NCBI GenBank assembly: GCA_964595465.1
Contig: CAZQQI010000011.1
Coordinates: forward strand, 8,301 to 72,300
Length of the DNA: 64,000 nt
Origin: an uncultured Planctomycetales bacterium
GTDB lineage: Bacteria; Omnitrophota; Gorgyraeia; Zapsychrales; JANLHA01
Direction of reading: 5' to 3'
Both the position numbers and the translations under genes were made by a program. Below, piece after piece: positions 58,101 to 64,000 of this stretch. The notes under the pieces were generated by a model. That model saw nothing but the letters and a program-made list of their open reading frames with translations, ran no database searches and was not told the DNA's origin. Positions within the stretch are counted from its first letter, which is position 1. Each line of letters begins with the position of its first letter.

Positions 58101-58602
58101 GACCCATGATCTGTTTGAACGCATCCGCCTCCTTCAAGGCGGCGGTATAATCATCCTGCCCCAGCTGAAACGAGACCTCGCCCTTCAGGCAAGCCGAAAG
58201 AGCGATCAGGCCTTCAGAATGCTGTGCCAGAAGTTCTTTATCGATACGGGGCTTGTAATAAAATCCTTCCAGAAAACCGGCTGAGGAAAGCTTGACCAAA
58301 TTAAGATAACCGGTCATATTCTTGGCCAGCAGGACCAGATGGGAATTGCCGCCGGCACGGCCGCTGCGTTCAAAACGGCTGGTCTTGGCCACATAGGTCT
58401 CAAGTCCGATGATCGGCTTGACCCCGGCAGCCTTCATGGTCTGATAAAAATTGACCGTGCCGAAAATGTTGCCGTGATCGGTCATGGCGACCGCCGGCAT
58501 ACCCATTTCGGCTGCTTTCTGAGCAAGGTCCGTTATGCGGCAGGCACCGTCGAGAAGACTGTATTCAGTGTGGACGTGAAGATGGACGAATTGAGGATTC
58601 AT
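55165..58602 (-). CDS. dnaE: DNA polymerase III alpha subunit
   Basis: MNPQFVHLHVHTEYSLLDGA PHP domain, polymerase core, and a C-terminal OB fold; 1145 aa from ATG 58602. Confidence 0.95.
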   Translation of the reverse strand: MNPQFVHLHVHTEYSLLDGACRITDLAQKAAEMGMPAVAMTDHGNIFGTVNFYQTMKAAGVKPIIGLETYVAKTSRFERSGRAGGNSHLVLLAKNMTGYLNLVKLSSAGFLEGFYYKPRIDKELLAQHSEGLIALSACLKGEVSFQLGQDDYTAALKEADAFKQIMGPGNFYLEIMDHGIPEQKTVNEGLLKISRELDIPLVATNDVHYLEEDQARAHEAMLCIQTQTTLNDPNRMRMSSDQFYFKSPRQMEELFAWAPEAVANTVRIAEQCELEFDFSKYHLPHFDPPEGKSQEEYLRELCEQALPEKYPNADERVHSRLQHEFKIIKEMGFVAYFLIVWDFVRYARSKNIPVGPGRGSAAGSIVSYLLGITNLDPLRYNLLFERFLNPNRAGMPDIDIDFCFDRRPEVIDYVTEKYGKQNVAQIITFGKMKARAAVRDVGRVLGLAYGDVDRIAKLIPPDLGMTIDKALEKEPQLAQLCRDDRMAKEVIETAKVLEGLNRHASIHAAGVVIADRPLTEYVPLYKTSDDQVTTGFTMDGIAQMGLLKMDFLGLRTLTVLSKAVDWIKQTRDMDVDLEHIPLDDPKTFGMLSEAKSAGIFQLESGGMRDLLRKSQPSRFEDLISILALYRPGPMGSGMLDDYVRRKKGESPVEYPHDKLESVLKETFGMIVYQEQVMQTASVLAGFSMAQADNLRRAMSKKKIDVMLKMRKDFVKGCQEINHINEPEANRLFDLIDYFSGYGFNKSHSAAYALVSYQTAYLKANYTVEFMAALLTCERDNTDKVVEYVKECEHLGIDVLPPDVNASMLEFSVVDDQQIRFGLLAVKNVGQTAIESIVLNREENGPYGSLFDLCERVDLRLVNRKVIESLIKCGAMDSFGIPRSQLMAVSGKALEAGGQIQKEKAAGQLSFFTMEDQGKGKGFEKKDDQFPDIPEWSQSQKLAFEKEVLGFYISGHPLEQYSFEVRKFANCSTRSLARLSDGNPVKTVVIITGCKLTATRRTGERMAILTVEDAYGQAEAVVFPSTYNTVADKLQPGQVVLLMGKAAARENRVNIICDDVRLIADVYDAIRAVRVNLAGVDQSGLNRFKHKLSQFPGEVPVYLQLDTRRYKSVQILVGRELHVAPSEMLLNNIKEMVGEENFAVTI

Positions 58603-58769
58603 AGTGTGGCGCGCAAAACAGAAACGGAAAAACAGGAAACTTAGCAAGCCGCCCGGATGAGATAGCATTTATGCTGAAACCCAGCACAGCAAACTCAATC
58701 CATGTTCAACCTAAAACATCCGGCTGATCGTTCCCCGCTTCACGCATCACGTTTCACGAAATAACGTTA

Positions 58770-60710
58770 TTATTCCCATTCAATCGTTGACGGCGGCTTG
58801 GAACTGATATCATAGACCACGCGGTTCACGCCGTCGACCTCATTGATGATCCGGTTGGAAATCCTGCCCAAAAGGCTCGGGGGAAGCTCCACCCAGTCAG
58901 CGGTCATACCGTCCTGGCTGGACACACAGCGCACCGCGATCACATTATCATATGTACGCTGATCTCCCATCACACCGACGGTCTTGATCGGAAGAAGCAC
59001 CGCGAAGGCCTGCCAGACCTGCTCATAAAATCCGGCTTTTTTTATCTCGTCCATAACGCGGTCATCCGCCTCACGCAGGATCTCCAGGCGTTCGGGGGTC
59101 ACCTCTCCCAGGATACGCACGGCCAAGCCGGGTCCGGGAAACGGCTGACGTTTAAGAATATGATCCGGCAGTCCGAGATGCTTGCCGATCTCACGAACCT
59201 CGTCTTTGAACAGTTCCCGCAGAGGTTCGATCAGTTCCAAATGCATTTTCTTGGGCAGCCCGCCTACATTATGGTGGCTCTTAATGGTAGCGGACGGTCC
59301 GCCGATAGGAGAGATCGATTCGATCACATCCGGATAAAGGGTGCCCTGGGCCAGATACGAGACATTTTTGTATTTCTTAGAGGCCTCCTGAAAGACCTGG
59401 ATGAATTCATCGCCGATGATCTTGCGTTTCTCTTCCGGGTCCACCACACCTTCCAGACGTTTCAAAAACCGTTTGGCGGCATGGACCACAGTCAGGTTGA
59501 TCTTAAAATGCCCTTTAAAGGTCTTTTCCACAGACTTGACTTCGTTCTTACGCATGAGCCCGTTATCAACGAAAATACAGCCCAGCTTCCTCCCGACAGC
59601 TTTATGGATCAGCATCGCGGCGACTGAGGAATCCACACCCCCACTCAGCCCGAGAATCACTTTCTTGCTGCCCACGCGCTCTTTGATATTCTTCATAGCG
59701 GCGTTGGCGAACTTCTCCATGGTCCAGCGCGGAAAACAGCTGCAGATCTGATAGACAAAGTTGGTCAGGATATCCGTTCCCCGCTGGGTATGAACGACTT
59801 CCGGATGAAACTGCACCCCGTAAATTTTCTTGCGGGGATGACCGATGGCCGCGACAGGAGCGTTCAATGTATGGGCCAGGACCTGAAACCCCTTCGGCAG
59901 ATCTTTAGTCGCGTCAGAATGGCTCATCCAGCAGGTCAGATTGGTGGGCAGATTAGCAAACAGATCCCGGTTGCGGTCCACAAAAAGCTCGGACCGGCCG
60001 TATTCCCGCTCCTTACTTCTCTCGATCTTACCGCCGTGCATCTTGACGATGGCCTGCATGCCGTAGCATATTCCTAAAATCGGCATATTCAGTTTAAAAA
60101 TCCCCTCGTCAGGAAGCGGAGCGTTCTGATCATAAACGCTGATCGGACCTCCGGAAAGGATGAGCCCTTTTGGATTCTGGCTTTTGATCTCTTCCGGGGT
60201 GATGTTGTACGGAACAATACGGCAAAAGACTTTGTTCTCGCGGATCCGGCGGGCGATCAGCTGGGTGTACTGCGACCCGAAATCCAGGATCAAAATAATA
60301 TCTTTATGCCGCGGCTTGGTCACCTTGACCGAAAACTTGGCACGGCCGCGCGGCAGACGCAGGGTCTGGGCCTTTTTTCTGGCCGCAGCGGTACGCCGGG
60401 ACGCGTTGCGCCTGCGGCTGGTCAGCGGCCCGGATGTCAAAACTTTATCTGCGGTCTTTTTCGCTAACGGTTTTTTCTGTTCAGCCTTCTTCGCAGACGC
60501 CTTGGCAGCTTTTTTCGCAGGGGCCTTTTTAACCGGTGATTTCTTAGCAGATTTCCCGGAAGATGCCTTCTTCGCGGTGGACTTTTTCACCGGTTTTTTC
60601 TTTCCGGCTGAAGCCTGGGATGTCTTCTTTTTCGCAGGGCGTGGTTTTTTAGCCGTCTTTTTCATGACCTTTTTTGCTGATTTTTTAGCTGCTTTGTTCG
60701 TTTTTGGCAT
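58770..60710 (-). CDS. guaA: GMP synthase (glutamine-hydrolysing) with an in-frame N-terminal roughly 135-aa histone-H1-like Lys/Ala-rich extension
   Basis: The GATase domain ([22 protein letters not shown]...GICYGMQ) and the ATP-PPase domain (SGGVDSSV) begin around residue 137. Upstream, in the same frame and with no stop, lies [29 protein letters not shown]...[13 protein letters not shown]. The ATG at 60710 has AAAGGTGAG upstream. Confidence 0.85.
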   Translation of the reverse strand: MPKTNKAAKKSAKKVMKKTAKKPRPAKKKTSQASAGKKKPVKKSTAKKASSGKSAKKSPVKKAPAKKAAKASAKKAEQKKPLAKKTADKVLTSGPLTSRRRNASRRTAAARKKAQTLRLPRGRAKFSVKVTKPRHKDIILILDFGSQYTQLIARRIRENKVFCRIVPYNITPEEIKSQNPKGLILSGGPISVYDQNAPLPDEGIFKLNMPILGICYGMQAIVKMHGGKIERSKEREYGRSELFVDRNRDLFANLPTNLTCWMSHSDATKDLPKGFQVLAHTLNAPVAAIGHPRKKIYGVQFHPEVVHTQRGTDILTNFVYQICSCFPRWTMEKFANAAMKNIKERVGSKKVILGLSGGVDSSVAAMLIHKAVGRKLGCIFVDNGLMRKNEVKSVEKTFKGHFKINLTVVHAAKRFLKRLEGVVDPEEKRKIIGDEFIQVFQEASKKYKNVSYLAQGTLYPDVIESISPIGGPSATIKSHHNVGGLPKKMHLELIEPLRELFKDEVREIGKHLGLPDHILKRQPFPGPGLAVRILGEVTPERLEILREADDRVMDEIKKAGFYEQVWQAFAVLLPIKTVGVMGDQRTYDNVIAVRCVSSQDGMTADWVELPPSLLGRISNRIINEVDGVNRVVYDISSKPPSTIEWE

Positions 60711-60788
60711 TTGTTCCACTCACCTTTTTCTATAGCTTAAAAAATAACACGCCCCACATGTGGGAAGAGGCCCGGCCTCTCTGTAAGG

Positions 60789-61949
60789 CTATTTGCCCAT
60801 GCCGACACGCTGGCCGACTTGAAAAACCTTTCCTTCCGTCTGGATCGATGGAGCAATGATCATCTCGACATCATGCATTTGACGGATCGATTCGGCTCCC
60901 AATGCTCCCATGGATGCCCGCAGCGCCCCGACCAGGTTCTGTGATCCGTCATCCACGGTCGCCGGCCCGGTCAGGATCTGTTCCAGCGTCCCGGTCGTCC
61001 CTACACGGATCCGTGTCCCGCGCGGAAGATTGGCATGCGATGTCGCCATGCCCCAATGATATCCTTTGCCCGGCGCTTCACTGGCGCGTGCGAAAGCAGA
61101 ACCAACCATACAGGCATCAGCGCCCGCGGCGATGGCTTTACAGACATCTCCTCCGATGCGCATACCGCCGTCGGTAATAATGGGGATATACTTCCCGGTA
61201 CGCTTAAAGAAATGGTCCCGGGCCGCGGACGCGTCAACTGTGGACGTGATCTGCGGAACACCTATGCCCAGCACACCCCGTGTTGTACAAGCGGCTCCCG
61301 GACCCACACCGATCAGAACCGCGCTGGCGCCCAGCTCCATCAGCTCCAGGGTCATTTTATAGGTCACGACATTACCGATAGCGACCGGGATCTTAAGAGA
61401 CGAACACAACTCACCGTAATCGCAGACTTTATATTCAGTGGAAATATGTTTGGCAGACGAAACCTGGGACTGGACAATAAACGAATCCGCCCCGGCCTCC
61501 TGGGCGATCTCCCCGAAACGCTGGGCGTTCTGCGGCACACAGCCCACAACAGCCGGCACCCCGGCCGCCTTGATCTGTTCGACGCGCTCAGCGATCAGCT
61601 TTTCCTGAACCGGGGGAAGATAGAGTTTCTGCAGAAGCTTTGTGGCTTTTTCCGGAGTGGCTTCGGCGATCTCGCTCAAAATCGCGGCCGGATCATCGTA
61701 ACGTGTCTGCACTCCGTCAAGATTAAGGACCGCAATGCCGCCGATCTTGCCCATGGCAATAGCGAATGTGACGTCCACGACACCGTCCATGGACGCGGCC
61801 AGGATAGGGATCTGCAGTTTCATGCCGGAAAAATCCCAGCTGGTATCGACCTCGTTCGGATTGACCGTCTGCATACCGGGAACCAGTGCGATCTCATCAA
61901 ACCCATAACACCGGCGTGCACGCCGTCCGATCCCAATCCATTCGGCCAT
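60789..61949 (-). CDS. IMP dehydrogenase-family protein lacking CBS domains (GuaB3-like)
   Basis: 386-aa TIM-barrel IMPDH/GMPR family (IPILAASMDGVVD..., GIGVGPGAACTTR, ITDGGMRIGGDVCKAIAAGAD) with no CBS pair. It sits immediately upstream of guaA. Confidence 0.75.
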   Translation of the reverse strand: MAEWIGIGRRARRCYGFDEIALVPGMQTVNPNEVDTSWDFSGMKLQIPILAASMDGVVDVTFAIAMGKIGGIAVLNLDGVQTRYDDPAAILSEIAEATPEKATKLLQKLYLPPVQEKLIAERVEQIKAAGVPAVVGCVPQNAQRFGEIAQEAGADSFIVQSQVSSAKHISTEYKVCDYGELCSSLKIPVAIGNVVTYKMTLELMELGASAVLIGVGPGAACTTRGVLGIGVPQITSTVDASAARDHFFKRTGKYIPIITDGGMRIGGDVCKAIAAGADACMVGSAFARASEAPGKGYHWGMATSHANLPRGTRIRVGTTGTLEQILTGPATVDDGSQNLVGALRASMGALGAESIRQMHDVEMIIAPSIQTEGKVFQVGQRVGMGK

Positions 61950-62123
61950 ATTACCTACCTCCTGTAAAAATCCGTAAATAATTGAAAAATAATAAGATTT
62001 GTCCCTAAATAACGAAAAGCCATAATTTTTAACACTATTAAACTAATAATATATAGAAAAGCCTCGCCACTGTCAATCTTCTTTTTGAAATCGACAGTTT
62101 ATGAGAGGATTTTTCATTTTTTC

Positions 62124-62162
62124 AAAGAAAAAGCGGCAGGATTTTTTCAATCCTGCCGCTTT
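62124..62162 (-). terminator. groEL intrinsic terminator (potentially bidirectional)
   Basis: GCGGCAGGA-TTTTTTCAA-TCCTGCCGC hairpin. On the minus strand it is followed by TTTTTCTTTG, about 35 nt after the groEL stop. On the plus strand it is followed by TTTTCC. Confidence 0.8.
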
Positions 62163-62196
62163 TCCAGGGCTTTTTCAGCTATGAAAACTGCCGAGC

Positions 62197-63858
<1,662 letters not shown>

Positions 63859-63914
63859 TTAAATCACTCGGTTTTTCCCGAATTGGTTCCACTTATTAAA
63901 ATATCCCGTTTCAC

Positions 63915-64000
63915 TTACTTAGTGACCACGGCCAGAACATCGTCTTCGCGCATGATCAAAAGGTCTTCCCCCTCTTTGGATGAAATTTCCGTCCCGCTGT
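63915..64000 (-). CDS. groS: co-chaperonin GroES (C-terminal fragment; gene continues beyond the window end)
   Basis: Reverse translation of 63917..64000 gives ...SGTEISSKEGEDLLIMREDDVLAVVTK*. This is the typical GroES C-terminus, 68 nt upstream of groEL. Confidence 0.8.
   Translation of the reverse strand, partial: SGTEISSKEGEDLLIMREDDVLAVVTK

Noticed and set aside
61035-61967. 310-aa plus-strand ORF
   Set aside because: Antisense to the guaB-like TIM-barrel gene. Low-complexity R/G-rich translation.

Overview
The window is a 64 kb chromosomal segment of a moderately GC-rich (about 55-58%) bacterium, coded almost entirely on the minus strand. It is mostly housekeeping genes in a strikingly Bacillus-like order: metG / ricT(yaaT)-holB-tmk / cysS-cysE / ispF-ispD-yacL-radA / clpC-mcsB-mcsA / phoH-pgpH-ybeY ... 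recO / hup / groES-groEL. The organism nevertheless looks like a diderm anaerobe (LolCD lipoprotein export, an outer-membrane beta-barrel porin, NfnAB, pyruvate phosphate dikinase, PMT-like TPR glycosyltransferases) with a habit of lysine/alanine-rich histone-H1-like sequences. My taxonomic guess, an uncultivated PVC/Omnitrophota-like or other candidate-phylum anaerobe, is low confidence.

Housekeeping content:
- Seven aminoacyl-tRNA synthetases: metG, cysS, lysS, glyQS, aspS, hisS, plus a GAD-less aspS.
- dnaE, guaA with a guaB-like gene, ppdK, panB/panE, apt, a compact sigma-70 factor, and tRNA-Arg(CCT).

Things the standard annotation does not explain:
- A four-gene operon centred on an orphan ParA/MinD-type ATPase fused to an AMPK-beta/CBM48 glycogen-binding domain, with a membrane-anchored CBM-like protein, a DUF4870 membrane protein and a histone-H1-like protein carrying a small beta-barrel. 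I read this as a candidate storage-polysaccharide-granule (or other carbohydrate cargo) positioning/segregation system.
- A family of four roughly 130-nt intergenic elements. They share a conserved core of about 65 nt and a long outer stem that shows compensatory base changes between copies, and all four are oriented the same way relative to the downstream gene. This is a candidate new structured RNA or MITE.
- A second repeat family of compound heptad/decamer minisatellites (GTGAC repeats, CGTTTNN heptads, telomere-like GGGTTTT heptads, GGGTTTGTTG decamers). One copy is expanded to about 280 bp and lies in frame upstream of panB.
- GMP synthase carrying an in-frame N-terminal histone-H1-like extension of about 135 aa.
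- A lone plus-strand Hel308/Ski2-like helicase.
- The class III heat-shock operon lacks ctsR.

I found no CRISPR array, no rRNA, and no obvious integrase or transposase.
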